DNA of 64,000 nucleotides from a virus. The translations under genes were made by a program, and so were the position numbers. The notes under the pieces were generated by a model, which did not search any database, was not told the DNA's origin, and worked only from the letters and a program-made list of their open reading frames with translations. The DNA is taken from positions 1 through 64,000 of the IMG/VR virus record IMGVR_UViG_3300027833_000035. One strand, 5' to 3'. Each line of letters opens with the position of its first letter. Positions within the stretch are counted from its first letter, which is position 1. This document shows positions 17,484 through 27,034 of this stretch, one piece after another.

Positions 17484-19587
17484 TCACTATAGTTTTAATA
17501 ATACCCCAGTTGTCATCAAACTCAATGTCTTGGTATGGAATTGATCCAAAGTCTGGAGACGATATAGTTATTGCAGGCGGATTTCTATATCCTAAACCTG
17601 CGTCGGTTATTGTTATTGATTGAATATCCCCGTTATTACCAACATTTGCTATGGCAGTTGCCTGAGTCGACGTTGGTGCGGAGATGTTGATTGCAGGAGC
17701 GTTCGCGTAAAACTTACCTGCATTATTTATTGTAATTGAGTCTATGACTCCATTTACTAACGTTGGCGTTAATGAAGCAGCAAATGTTGACGGAATATCG
17801 TCAGGTGGATCAATCGTAACAGTTGGTGCTGTGGTATACCCAGATCCACCAGAAGTAACATCAATAGAAATAACTTCGCCATCGGTCACGGTAATTGCAG
17901 CTACTGGAAGATCCTTATCAAAGTTCTTAGTAAATAAATCACCAGTTCTTGCAGTCGTTGGGATCGTATATGGATCGCCACTAGAAGCCGTAGGCATATC
18001 ACCGGTTGTTTCCCAAGTTACGTTATCTAAATATCCAAGGAAGCTTCTGTTAGCTCCATCAAATACTGATTCATTACCTTGAGCATCACCAGCTCGATAT
18101 GTATGTCCTGGGAATGCAACGTTGCCTGCTCCACGTGTTTCTTGCGTACCATATAAACCATTAACGTTAATACGAATAAGATTTGTGTAATGCTCTACCT
18201 CTACGTGGTTCCATTGGTTGAGGACCAAATCAGTATCAGAAGTAACAACAGGAGAACCACCATATTGGAACCTAACGTTACCTGTATCAGCGGTAAAGAA
18301 TATTTTTGTAAATGGCGCAAAGAGTACTGACATTGGATTATTACCACCCGGAAATGATGTTGGGTAAATCCAAAACGATACTTTGTATCCAGTATTAGAA
18401 TTGAAATACGCAGAGAATGAATGTAAAGTCGTAACATCATTTTCACTACTATGAGCTAATGCATCATCACCAAACTTAAACTCTGCAGCCACGTTTGGAG
18501 GTGGAGCTATTGAAAACGTTGGATTATTATAGAAATTCCCTGGGTTTGATATAGATACGTTAGCAACAGAGCCGCTGTTTAATGTGGCAGTCCCCGTAGC
18601 AGTTGTTACAGGGCTGTCTGGAAGCCCTGCAGTGACCGTTGGTAAATTACTGAAGTATCCTCCACCATCATTGATTGTTATATCAGATACTGCCCCGTTT
18701 GTTATCGTAGATGTTATGTCTGCGTTCGCTACGTCAGGTGCGCCAATAGTAACAACCGTATTTGCATTATAGTTTTCACCATCATTAGTTAACGTGATAC
18801 TCCCTACAGTTCCTGTCGTCAAGGCTGATACTGCGGTTGCTGTTACGCCGACTTCAGTTATTGGAGTATTTGCAGATGATAAACCGGGCTGAATATCAAT
18901 ACCTTCTATGAATGGAGAATTAGTATCGGTACCATTAAACATATCAACATCAATAAACTTAATAATTTGTTTCTTTTTCTCTGGTCCAAAATAATAACCT
19001 TTAAGCGTAAAGGTAAGGGTATGTAAAACCATTTGTCTTTCATCAAACGCACCTTCATAAAGATCCTCGATTGTTACGCTGTTTAAAATAACAGGTATAT
19101 CAATAGGATCTAAATCTGGTATCATCTTGGCGCCAACGGTCCAATCTGGTGTAAAGAATGGTATAATTTGTTCTAATATTTTAGTAGCATCTTCTGAATA
19201 CTTTGTCATAATGTATAGAGAAAAATCTAAATTATATGGAACAGGATTATATACGTAAGGTCGAGCATCATCTGTTTCTGATTTACCGCGTTTAATCATT
19301 TTACCTGTTGTTGCTAATTTTCTCTGAGGATCATACATAATGTTTTGTATTTCAAAAGACATTCTTGGTAACGTCATAGCAGGTCTACGACTATTAATCA
19401 AATCAGGATCTGCAGCTACTCTTGCTAATATTTTTTGATATGGCGCATAGGCTAATGGTACAATCATTTCCTTTTTAAGTACACCAGCATTATCTTGTCT
19501 TTGGATCTTTAACTGATTAAACAGTGTTCCAAATAACGCTACGTATTTTCTCGTAGTTGAATTATAAAAATAATTTGCGATTGCCAT
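17476..19587 (-). CDS. gp15: tail terminator/sheath stabiliser (T4 gp15) with large internal insertion
   Basis: YFY..TRKYVALFGTLFN, VPLAYAP, TLPRMSFE, PVPYNLDF, QIIPFFTP, terminal DDNWG; about 430 extra aa. Confidence 0.88.
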   Translation of the reverse strand: MAIANYFYNSTTRKYVALFGTLFNQLKIQRQDNAGVLKKEMIVPLAYAPYQKILARVAADPDLINSRRPAMTLPRMSFEIQNIMYDPQRKLATTGKMIKRGKSETDDARPYVYNPVPYNLDFSLYIMTKYSEDATKILEQIIPFFTPDWTVGAKMIPDLDPIDIPVILNSVTIEDLYEGAFDERQMVLHTLTFTLKGYYFGPEKKKQIIKFIDVDMFNGTDTNSPFIEGIDIQPGLSSANTPITEVGVTATAVSALTTGTVGSITLTNDGENYNANTVVTIGAPDVANADITSTITNGAVSDITINDGGGYFSNLPTVTAGLPDSPVTTATGTATLNSGSVANVSISNPGNFYNNPTFSIAPPPNVAAEFKFGDDALAHSSENDVTTLHSFSAYFNSNTGYKVSFWIYPTSFPGGNNPMSVLFAPFTKIFFTADTGNVRFQYGGSPVVTSDTDLVLNQWNHVEVEHYTNLIRINVNGLYGTQETRGAGNVAFPGHTYRAGDAQGNESVFDGANRSFLGYLDNVTWETTGDMPTASSGDPYTIPTTARTGDLFTKNFDKDLPVAAITVTDGEVISIDVTSGGSGYTTAPTVTIDPPDDIPSTFAASLTPTLVNGVIDSITINNAGKFYANAPAINISAPTSTQATAIANVGNNGDIQSITITDAGLGYRNPPAITISSPDFGSIPYQDIEFDDNWGIIKTIVSE

Positions 19588-19591
19588 ATTG

Positions 19592-20269
19592 TTAATCCTG
19601 TATAGAAATGTTTTCGCTGAATGGGTCCATTTCAGAGAAGTCTAATATATCATCTGCTTGTTCCTCAAAATCAAGGTTATTAGCAAGTGGGTCAACACCT
19701 TGTAATGATGTAAGAGATGTAACCGTGTTTGCTGATGTATCAATGTCTGCAAAATAATTATCAATTTCATAATAACCAGTATCAAACGTTTCACCAGAGT
19801 ATTCAGCCAATTCGCATCTCATATCATATACTTGTAATGCACCTGTTTGGTAGAACACACTTTCATGTTCAACGTGTTGGATCTTATACATTTTTTGATT
19901 GAGTGGCATCCAAATCATTTCGCCTTCAAGCGGACGTAATCTCGTATCTTGTTCACGTGTAACGTATTGTTCAAAGGTACGTATAGCAACTGTAAATGTA
20001 ATTGAGTCACGAATTTGTAAACCAAACTTAGATAAGAAGTCGCCTTCGCCTTCAAATCCGTCAACGTTCTTAATGTATACTTCAAAATCATAATACTTAT
20101 CAAACGTTGGTAAGTCGTCTTCATTTAAAATTTTATCAATGTTTTCATGTAATCTTGTAATGAATTTAACATCTATACCATAAATCTTAATTGACTCAAT
20201 AACTAAATCGTCAATTAAATTTTGTTCGTATACATTGTCGTGGTTTCTAAAATATGCGTTCGTTGCCAT
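19592..20269 (-). CDS. gp14: neck protein (T4 gp14)
   Basis: EQNLIDDLVIESIKIYG, GFEGEGDFLSKFGL, RPLEGEMI, ILDFSEMDPF. Confidence 0.95.
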   Translation of the reverse strand: MATNAYFRNHDNVYEQNLIDDLVIESIKIYGIDVKFITRLHENIDKILNEDDLPTFDKYYDFEVYIKNVDGFEGEGDFLSKFGLQIRDSITFTVAIRTFEQYVTREQDTRLRPLEGEMIWMPLNQKMYKIQHVEHESVFYQTGALQVYDMRCELAEYSGETFDTGYYEIDNYFADIDTSANTVTSLTSLQGVDPLANNLDFEEQADDILDFSEMDPFSENISIQD

Positions 20270-20272
20270 AAC

Positions 20273-21016
20273 TTATCCAATAAAATTGTAGGTAAGAGGT
20301 TGAAGTGATCGTATTGCGTCTTCTTCTATTCTTTCTCTGTCAGCTCTTGCCTCTGATAATATTTGCTCTCCGTTAAACTGTACTCCACCAACCAAAGTCA
20401 TCTGATTAAATTTAGTAAGGTTCATACCCCATTGTTCTCTGACTAAAACTGCTGCGTAATTCTGCAGCCATCTGTCTGTCCATAATTCAGCATATGCATC
20501 TTCGTCTAAAATGTCGTATGCTTCAATAATAATATAGTTTCCAACGACCCACTGTTTAGTGTCAGTGTCGATGTGTAATTTGTTTACATACTTATTATAA
20601 CGTATCATTGGTTTACCAACAAGTAATTCTTGCATAAACTCAATATGTTGCATTGTCATGTAATAAGTCTGCATAGAATAACTGGTCATATCTTGTATGT
20701 TATTTAAAACGAATTGATAATTAACATTAAACATACCAGTACCTGTAGAAATATTAGTATCAAAACCAAATATTTTTGAAATACCTAGCAGACCTTTTGG
20801 CAGAGGAACGTATCCGTTATCTTTATCGGCTTGAGTAATTTCATGCTTAAGATAAACTAATTGACTACCATTATAATGATAATCTCTCCAAAAAGAAATA
20901 GCTTCATCTACACGATCGTCAACTTGTTCATCAGCGACGTTAATCTGAATTACCGGCGCACCGATCTTTCTTAAAATAAAATCTTTAAAATCTTCTCTGG
21001 AATGAGGCAGTGCCAT
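20273..21016 (-). CDS. gp13: neck protein (T4 gp13)
   Basis: LRKIGAPVIQINV, WLQNYA, QWGMNLTKF, GGVQFNG. Confidence 0.95.
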   Translation of the reverse strand: MALPHSREDFKDFILRKIGAPVIQINVADEQVDDRVDEAISFWRDYHYNGSQLVYLKHEITQADKDNGYVPLPKGLLGISKIFGFDTNISTGTGMFNVNYQFVLNNIQDMTSYSMQTYYMTMQHIEFMQELLVGKPMIRYNKYVNKLHIDTDTKQWVVGNYIIIEAYDILDEDAYAELWTDRWLQNYAAVLVREQWGMNLTKFNQMTLVGGVQFNGEQILSEARADRERIEEDAIRSLQPLTYNFIG

Positions 21017-21019
21017 ATC

Positions 21020-21352
21020 TTATCCTAACTCTTCTCTAATGATTATTTTGATATATCCTGAGTTAGGAAACGTTTCAATTTGACCATTAGTATATGTTAC
21101 TTGAAATTCAGCATTATGAATTCCTGTGTTTGATGTATCGCCTGTCTGCCAAGGATAAGATACAATACCCTTCGTAGCATTAATAATGGATGCAGTACCC
21201 AAATTAACTAAGCTTGAGCCTTCTTCTGTCGACATATTAAACTTAATTTGCGAGGCAAGTATCAATGATTTTGCTCGGCCAGTTGAGTCTGTTAAGACGG
21301 CTTCAATAGACGGGGCAGTGTCGTTTTGCTTTATGTAAAAATTTGCCGCCAT
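21020..21352 (-). CDS. virion protein, BppU-N-like domain
   Basis: FYIKQNDT-x-P, G-x-VSYPWQTGDT, AEFQVTY..G..ETFPN. Confidence 0.6.
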   Translation of the reverse strand: MAANFYIKQNDTAPSIEAVLTDSTGRAKSLILASQIKFNMSTEEGSSLVNLGTASIINATKGIVSYPWQTGDTSNTGIHNAEFQVTYTNGQIETFPNSGYIKIIIREELG

Positions 21353-21392
21353 GTGTTTATCTCCAAGGTTTACTTTTATTTATTAAAATAAA

Positions 21393-21983
21393 TTAGTTTC
21401 TTACTTCAGCATAAGTTAAACCAATATTTTTTAGTTTTATATCGTTCGGTTCTGATGCTCTACGTATGAGAACATTATTTTCTTTAGTATTTGCTAGTTC
21501 TATTGAATTAAAACCAGATCGTGCTCTGTTTGAAAGCGTATAATTAATTACTTTTGAATTAAGTGCAAACCCAAAAGCTCCTGTAGTTTGACCCAACGAG
21601 AACTGAGCCATGGTACCAGATATTGTAATCGGAAATGTTATATCCGCAGTACCAGCAATTATTGAAAAACCACTCGAGGACGAGGTAAAGTTGATTTCAT
21701 TATTACCAGAATATAAGTAACTCTGAATACCAAACTCAATTCGAGCAGGCTCTGTTAATGTAAAGTCAATGTTACCGCTAAATTCGCCATATACCGTCGG
21801 CGTTACAATACCAGCCTGAACATCAAATGTTAGTGTTTGATCTAATTCAGCAAGTACTGGTACAAAAACATCAGAACTAAATATATAGTCAAATGTACTA
21901 GAAGCCCCTCCAGCAATAGTTGAATAACCACCGCCAAAGAAGCCGAAATCTAATGTTGATGTAAATACGCCATTTGCGGACAT
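21393..21983 (-). CDS. putative virion protein
   Basis: 196-aa Ser/Thr/Gly/Phe-rich ORF in late block. Confidence 0.6.
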   Translation of the reverse strand: MSANGVFTSTLDFGFFGGGYSTIAGGASSTFDYIFSSDVFVPVLAELDQTLTFDVQAGIVTPTVYGEFSGNIDFTLTEPARIEFGIQSYLYSGNNEINFTSSSSGFSIIAGTADITFPITISGTMAQFSLGQTTGAFGFALNSKVINYTLSNRARSGFNSIELANTKENNVLIRRASEPNDIKLKNIGLTYAEVRN

Positions 21984-21994
21984 TTATTTAGTCC

Positions 21995-22402
21995 TTATGC
22001 GCCACCGGCTGTAATTGAAAATGTTGTTATAGTAATCTGCTGACCAATAGCAATGTTAGTGTTATCTAACTGCATATCGCCACCAGCGCCTGATGCTGAT
22101 ATTGTACCTTGCATATGGCATACTGTTCCATCACTTTGGTGAATTCTAAAATAACCCGCTGTACCTGATGCATCAGCAGATAAGTCTTGCCAATTACCAG
22201 ATAACTGAATTACACCACCTGATGGTACTGCTAACCATTCGGTAGGCAATATCATAGTTGCAACAATGTTACCAGTGTTTGCTGATGAACATTCTGTTGG
22301 TGACGCACCTGTTGCGATAGTTAAAATGGGGTTTGCACCGACTGTTGTCTCTAATGACTGAAGTGTACCATTACGAGCTCCCGGCGATAACTGAAAAGCC
22401 AT
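21995..22402 (-). CDS. putative virion protein
   Basis: ADASGTAGYFRI...GDMQLDNTNIA motif; AGGAG RBS; late promoter upstream. Confidence 0.7.
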   Translation of the reverse strand: MAFQLSPGARNGTLQSLETTVGANPILTIATGASPTECSSANTGNIVATMILPTEWLAVPSGGVIQLSGNWQDLSADASGTAGYFRIHQSDGTVCHMQGTISASGAGGDMQLDNTNIAIGQQITITTFSITAGGA

Positions 22403-22435
22403 CTTTTTCTCCTTTGTTTCAATATTATTTTTATA

Positions 22436-22443
22436 TATTTATA
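22436..22443 (-). promoter_or_regulatory. T4-type late promoter for neck/head operon
   Basis: TATTTATA on + strand. Confidence 0.75.
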
Positions 22444-22452
22444 AAAAAAGAG

Positions 22453-22480
22453 TTGACATATAATTCCAGTGTGATATAAT
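22453..22480 (+). promoter_or_regulatory. consensus sigma70 promoter facing antisense into 22508-23281
   Basis: TTGACA 22453-22458, 16 nt, TGn-TATAAT 22475-22480. Confidence 0.55.
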
Positions 22481-22507
22481 AGATTTATCTACTAAAAAAC
22501 AATAATA

Positions 22508-23281
22508 TTATCTTCTTTCAATATCTTCTTCTGATAAGGTATTTCCCATCCATACTTCAATTACTTTGACTGGACAGTCTCCAACATTCGTTGCATGGTG
22601 CCAACATTTGACTGGAATATCAATACTGTCACCAGTCTTATATACTTTAGATGTAGAGTAACCATTGTTAAACTGTAAATCCATTTTTAATTCACCATCA
22701 ACGATATGCCAGTGTTCAGAACGAACGAAATGTCGTTGGTCCGATAAAGATTTACCAACATCAACTGATAACTCTTTTACTTTCCAATGACCGTTTTGAT
22801 CCAATTCTCTGTATTTACCCCATAGTCTTTGTGTTGTTGGCTTATCCCATTCCTTTAAGATCCATGAAGAACTATTCTTTTTATCATTACCGCCTACACC
22901 AAACGCGAATGATATGTTACATTCATCACGTAATTCTTTAGCAAACTCAACCTCTGGTGTTGTTCCCTTTTTACGATCGCCACCATTAGCAAATAGAATT
23001 TCTGCGCCTCTAGGAGCTTGTTTTGCTACATATCGAATAGCATCACAGGCCGTATCATCTGAGTCATCAAAAGTAAATACGTGACCTACACAACCAATCT
23101 CTTTAATAATTGCCATACGTTCTTCAACAGACATAAATGGTTTACCCTTTTTACGAGTTAACCATTCATCACTATTAACGCCAACAAATAGAATTGAACC
23201 CATTTCCTTAGCCGCTTTAAAATATTCAATATGTCCGGAATGAATTGGATCAAATCCCCCGGTTACTAATACTGGTTTCAT
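22508..23281 (-). CDS. bifunctional cytidylyltransferase-like (RfaE/TagD type) + cupin (mannose-6-phosphate isomerase type II C-terminal-like)
   Basis: TGGFDPIHSGH, GVNSDEWL..KKG, FANGGDR, KKNSSSWIL; then R-x-WG, SLSDQRHFVRSEHW, EEDIER; start set at MKPVL. Confidence 0.85.
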   Translation of the reverse strand: MKPVLVTGGFDPIHSGHIEYFKAAKEMGSILFVGVNSDEWLTRKKGKPFMSVEERMAIIKEIGCVGHVFTFDDSDDTACDAIRYVAKQAPRGAEILFANGGDRKKGTTPEVEFAKELRDECNISFAFGVGGNDKKNSSSWILKEWDKPTTQRLWGKYRELDQNGHWKVKELSVDVGKSLSDQRHFVRSEHWHIVDGELKMDLQFNNGYSTSKVYKTGDSIDIPVKCWHHATNVGDCPVKVIEVWMGNTLSEEDIERR

Positions 23282-24510
23282 CTTCTCTCCTTCATCATAT
23301 AATCCCAAGCAAAGTTGGTCTCTTTATTACTGCGCATGTCTGGTCTAACAAATCCAGGATGTACCCACCAATCTTCATACGCGTTAGTTTCATCAATAGC
23401 AATATTTGGTACTAATAATATATATCCAATTTCTTGCAGTATTTTTCTAGTTTTATCTTTTAAGTCTGATCCCCACCAACACTCGTTATGTTGGATTTGA
23501 ATTACCGAAAACTCATATTCATTAAACGGTATATTTTCTAATGCTACTAAAGAAGCGTTATCTGAGTTGATACGTAAAAAATCTATTTGATTTTCTATAC
23601 AGTTTTGTTTAAATAAATCTTTAAAACTAACTTGACCTGCGTCAGCGAGTACTGCGGTTGTATTACGTTTCCTACTAAAGATGGCACACATCCTTTCAGA
23701 AATATCAACCGATAAACCTTTCCAACCAAAGTCTTTCTCTAATAGATATGTATTATTAAATAGTGTTGGGTGACCTGATCCTATTTCAACAAAGGTGCCA
23801 TTTCTTTTACCATTTAAAGTAGATAAAACAAACATATCTTGGAGATGGCGAGAATAATTCTTTGTTACTTTATCTAAACCATCAAACTTATATCTGTATT
23901 TGTTTTCTTCAGCTTCAGTATATGGCAGTGTACTAGGATACCCTACTTGACTAATCCACCAATCAACGCTTTCACGCATTTCTTTATTCATATCTAATTT
24001 GCGTTTATGTTTTAAATTAAAGAACAGATTTTTAGAGTCATCGCGTCCATCTGATTTCCATTTAGATATAGCATAACAATAATCTAAACCAACGCGCCCT
24101 GGATAGTTTAATTCAGAATTTGGTTCAACGTCTTCACAATCTAAACCCATCTTGGCGTACATCGCTGAGTCTCTAAAATTACTTTGGTCTATTGAATATT
24201 TAGCTGCCCAATAATAAGCCTCTTGTCTTGTAGGTAAAACCGATATGGCAGCTTTGATTAAACCGTTAACCGTTTGATTTCTGGCTTCTGATCTGGCAAA
24301 TAACGCTGAACCTAGGACCATACATTTATATTGAAGTTCTTTTTCTTCATATGTTTCGCCTTCAGAAAAATCAGCAGCACGTAAATACCAGCCAAATGCT
24401 GCAGCGCCTTGTTTTAATTTATCATATTCTTTTGCCAACTCAAACATTTTAAAAGGATTATCGTAATCCATTATAACATCATGTAGTACTTGTTTATTTT
24501 TAAATATCAT
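23278..24510 (-). CDS. TPR-like + FkbM-family methyltransferase
   Basis: N-terminal helical repeats (ELAKEY, RQEAYY); QDMFVL, GTFVEIGS, NNTYLLEK..GWKGL, EDWWV. Confidence 0.7.
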   Translation of the reverse strand: MIFKNKQVLHDVIMDYDNPFKMFELAKEYDKLKQGAAAFGWYLRAADFSEGETYEEKELQYKCMVLGSALFARSEARNQTVNGLIKAAISVLPTRQEAYYWAAKYSIDQSNFRDSAMYAKMGLDCEDVEPNSELNYPGRVGLDYCYAISKWKSDGRDDSKNLFFNLKHKRKLDMNKEMRESVDWWISQVGYPSTLPYTEAEENKYRYKFDGLDKVTKNYSRHLQDMFVLSTLNGKRNGTFVEIGSGHPTLFNNTYLLEKDFGWKGLSVDISERMCAIFSRKRNTTAVLADAGQVSFKDLFKQNCIENQIDFLRINSDNASLVALENIPFNEYEFSVIQIQHNECWWGSDLKDKTRKILQEIGYILLVPNIAIDETNAYEDWWVHPGFVRPDMRSNKETNFAWDYMMKERR

Positions 24511-25550
24511 ATTTCACCTAATTGTAAAAAGTTAGCGAATACTGTTTTAGGCAGTTTTAATACATAAGAAGCATTATCCTGCCATCCAAAGGATATTAGA
24601 ATATCATCGCCTACCATCGTAACACCAGTAACAAATTCAATATTATAATCCTGACCTTTTACGTGGTCGTAATACGTTCCCATAAAATGGAATTCTCTAG
24701 ACTTGTGAACAATATTCCAATCATTATCCCATATGATTACGCGATGAGCGTAATTGCCGTCTTTTCTACCAAAAGAATCTCTTAATAAATTTGTTTCGTG
24801 GATAAAGGCCATACGCTGTTTATCATTAATACGAATGACTTGTGATCCACCTCTAAAGTCTTTGTTAGCTTCTATGTATTTTTCTTTGTCGTATATTGCA
24901 TCTTCAGTTGTACCTGTTTCAATATCGTATTTAACCACCTGTGTTGGATTAGTCCATTTAATAAAGTGGTATGGCATATCAAGTACAGGCATCCAATTCT
25001 TTTCGCAATATGATTTATCGCCATTTGGAGAAGGAATAGGATTACGAGAAACCTCTGTCCATTCACCATCAATAAATTCAATCTCTGCCATTTCCATACG
25101 TCCACGGCCTTTATCATCATAGCAATCTCTGCGTACACCGCAAAGAAACATCCTGTCTTCCCAACTAAATAGTCGGCAATCTTCGAGGCCAATAAAGTTC
25201 CATGTTGGTTTACCAGTATCTAAAGCCATATTAACACGCTGCGCGTTAACCATATTTAAATTACTATCAAGTTCACACATAACGTTATGGGTTGTAAGTG
25301 TTACATCATTTTCTGGATGTATGTATACTAAAGGACCCCACTGATGAGGAAACTTTTTACCTTCACTATGATACAGATAATAGTTAACGTGTCTTACGTT
25401 AATAAAGAGTTTATCTTTGTGTTGAAAAATTGAGGGGTTCATAATCCCAGTTTCATTACCCAACACCTCAGTTGGAATGATAATAGGATGGATTGAACCA
25501 CCTCGTTTTAAAGCATATGTGGCTAAACCACCCATGTGCAAATCGTGCAT
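24507..25550 (-). CDS. beta-propeller glycoside hydrolase/phosphorylase-like protein
   Basis: NPSI, GLEDCRLF, EKNWMP, RGGSQ, IEFVTG, ISFGWQD motifs. Confidence 0.6.
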   Translation of the reverse strand: MHDLHMGGLATYALKRGGSIHPIIIPTEVLGNETGIMNPSIFQHKDKLFINVRHVNYYLYHSEGKKFPHQWGPLVYIHPENDVTLTTHNVMCELDSNLNMVNAQRVNMALDTGKPTWNFIGLEDCRLFSWEDRMFLCGVRRDCYDDKGRGRMEMAEIEFIDGEWTEVSRNPIPSPNGDKSYCEKNWMPVLDMPYHFIKWTNPTQVVKYDIETGTTEDAIYDKEKYIEANKDFRGGSQVIRINDKQRMAFIHETNLLRDSFGRKDGNYAHRVIIWDNDWNIVHKSREFHFMGTYYDHVKGQDYNIEFVTGVTMVGDDILISFGWQDNASYVLKLPKTVFANFLQLGEI

Positions 25551-25579
25551 AATAACTCCATAATATAAAGTTTAATAAA

Positions 25580-25915
25580 TTACCAGTTAGGGGTAATCAT
25601 AGTCATTGTATTTTGTTCAACCTTTGAGTCTAGAATAGTATTTATAGTGACAACCTTATCGGCGCCTAATGCTTCTTCTACCCACTCGATAACGTTGGCT
25701 TTGGTAACATCGTCTAATGCAATGTAATCTGCAGCCGATGTAGTTGTTAAGTCAAGCTTCGTAGTCGAAACATAGCTTGCCTTTTTGTTTGCCTCGTTGG
25801 TTGCAATCTTTTTCCATTTAACAGAAATGATAGCATCTGATAAAACTTCGCCTGCACCATTAGTTTGGTCTAATGTACCAAGCTTTAGTATTTCCCAAGT
25901 GTAAGTCATGCTCAT
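25580..25915 (-). CDS. small conserved phage protein (tail-fibre-associated type)
   Basis: MTYTWEI...V-x-W...YIALDDVT..NVIEWV...PNW; paralogue of 25920-26309. Confidence 0.7.
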   Translation of the reverse strand: MSMTYTWEILKLGTLDQTNGAGEVLSDAIISVKWKKIATNEANKKASYVSTTKLDLTTTSAADYIALDDVTKANVIEWVEEALGADKVVTINTILDSKVEQNTMTMITPNW

Positions 25916-25919
25916 ACTC

Positions 25920-26309
25920 TTATTCTACTGGTGCTTCAGGTTCTACACCCCAAGGCAATTCAGGACCAGAAATTTCTGTACTAATCGCAGCATCAATTAC
26001 TTTTTGAATTTCTCCGTCAATATGCTCTTTATATTGTTGGTCAGCGTTAATTACTGCAGCAATCCATGCTGTTACGTGTGCTTCTTCTAATTCTTCAAAG
26101 GCTGTGAAAGAACCAGCTGGTACATTAGCAGCTGAGAAAGGTGTAGCGCCAGAGAAAGTACCAACTTGCCCTGCTTCATTTGTACCTTGAATTTCCCAGT
26201 AAGTTTGAACTACTGCATTTGTTAAAGTTTCGCCTGCCGCGTTTACCTGATCTTGTACCTTCAGGTTACGGACAGTATAAGTATATGTAAATGACATTAT
26301 TGTCTCCAT
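25920..26309 (-). CDS. small conserved phage protein (tail-fibre-associated type)
   Basis: FTYTYTV...VVQTYW...FTAFEELEEAHVTAWI...LPW. Confidence 0.7.
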   Translation of the reverse strand: METIMSFTYTYTVRNLKVQDQVNAAGETLTNAVVQTYWEIQGTNEAGQVGTFSGATPFSAANVPAGSFTAFEELEEAHVTAWIAAVINADQQYKEHIDGEIQKVIDAAISTEISGPELPWGVEPEAPVE

Positions 26310-26356
26310 TTATTATTAGTGTTTGATTAATCTTACACTTGTTTAAAATCTATTTC

Positions 26357-26364
26357 TATTTATA
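26357..26364 (-). promoter_or_regulatory. T4-type late promoter
   Basis: TATTTATA on + strand. Confidence 0.7.
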
Positions 26365-26365
26365 A

Positions 26366-26929
26366 TTAACCACCACGGTACAGATATAAATCAACTGGTA
26401 CACATATTCTAAGACTAGAATAGTAGGGGTTAACATGGTGATATGTAAAGCTTGGGAATATCATATAATCCCCAGTTCTTGGTGTTATTGCTTTTTTATC
26501 AAATACATTATTCCACCAATCATCATAACCGCGATTAGCGTTTGTTCTTGGATCTGAGAAAACAATATCACCGCCAGAGTTTTGGTCCTCGGCTAATATA
26601 TAAAACACACCAGACAAATGAGCGCCCGAGTGATTATGTATAGTCATGTTATAATCTTTACCATGACCAGTAATCCACGCTTTCATTTCATGCGCTTTAT
26701 AATCTTGGATATGTTTTCCGATACTTGCATAGAGATAGCGGTCAAAAGAGCTATACACCATGTCTTTAAATTTATTCATTTCAGGTGAATTATCTTTGAA
26801 TATATTTCCACCGTTTACTTCACCTTCCATGTTATTTAAATCATAGTTAGCAAAGATGTATTCTATCAATCCATCAGTATCAAATTTACCTGAGCCAATC
26901 TTTGTTGGCCACATTTCATTAAATTCCAT
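26366..26929 (-). CDS. 2OG-Fe(II) oxygenase (TIGR02466-like)
   Basis: HNHSGAHLSGVFY, GDIVFSDPR, IFPSFTYHHV, RI. Confidence 0.85.
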   Translation of the reverse strand: MEFNEMWPTKIGSGKFDTDGLIEYIFANYDLNNMEGEVNGGNIFKDNSPEMNKFKDMVYSSFDRYLYASIGKHIQDYKAHEMKAWITGHGKDYNMTIHNHSGAHLSGVFYILAEDQNSGGDIVFSDPRTNANRGYDDWWNNVFDKKAITPRTGDYMIFPSFTYHHVNPYYSSLRICVPVDLYLYRGG

Positions 26930-26954
26930 AGCACCTCTCCATAATATATAAATC

Positions 26955-27008
26955 TATTTATAACATATAAATGGTTGACAAATTTACTTCTATATGTTAT
27001 TATAAATA
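26955..27008. promoter_or_regulatory. divergent promoter region: late promoter (-); sigma70 plus late promoter (+)
   Basis: TATTTATA 26955-26962 (minus late); TTGACA 26975-26980, 17 nt, TGn-TATTAT 26998-27003; TATAAATA 27001-27008. Confidence 0.7.
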
Positions 27009-27034
27009 TATTAGTATATTATGATTGGAACACA

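Noticed and set aside
8351-18772. Plus-strand ORFs opposite the structural genes
   Set aside because: Antisense shadows of well-conserved genes, with no RBS or motif support
26975-27034. ORF-track start at 26975
   Set aside because: The TTG is part of the -35 TTGACA box; ATG 27035 is the plausible start
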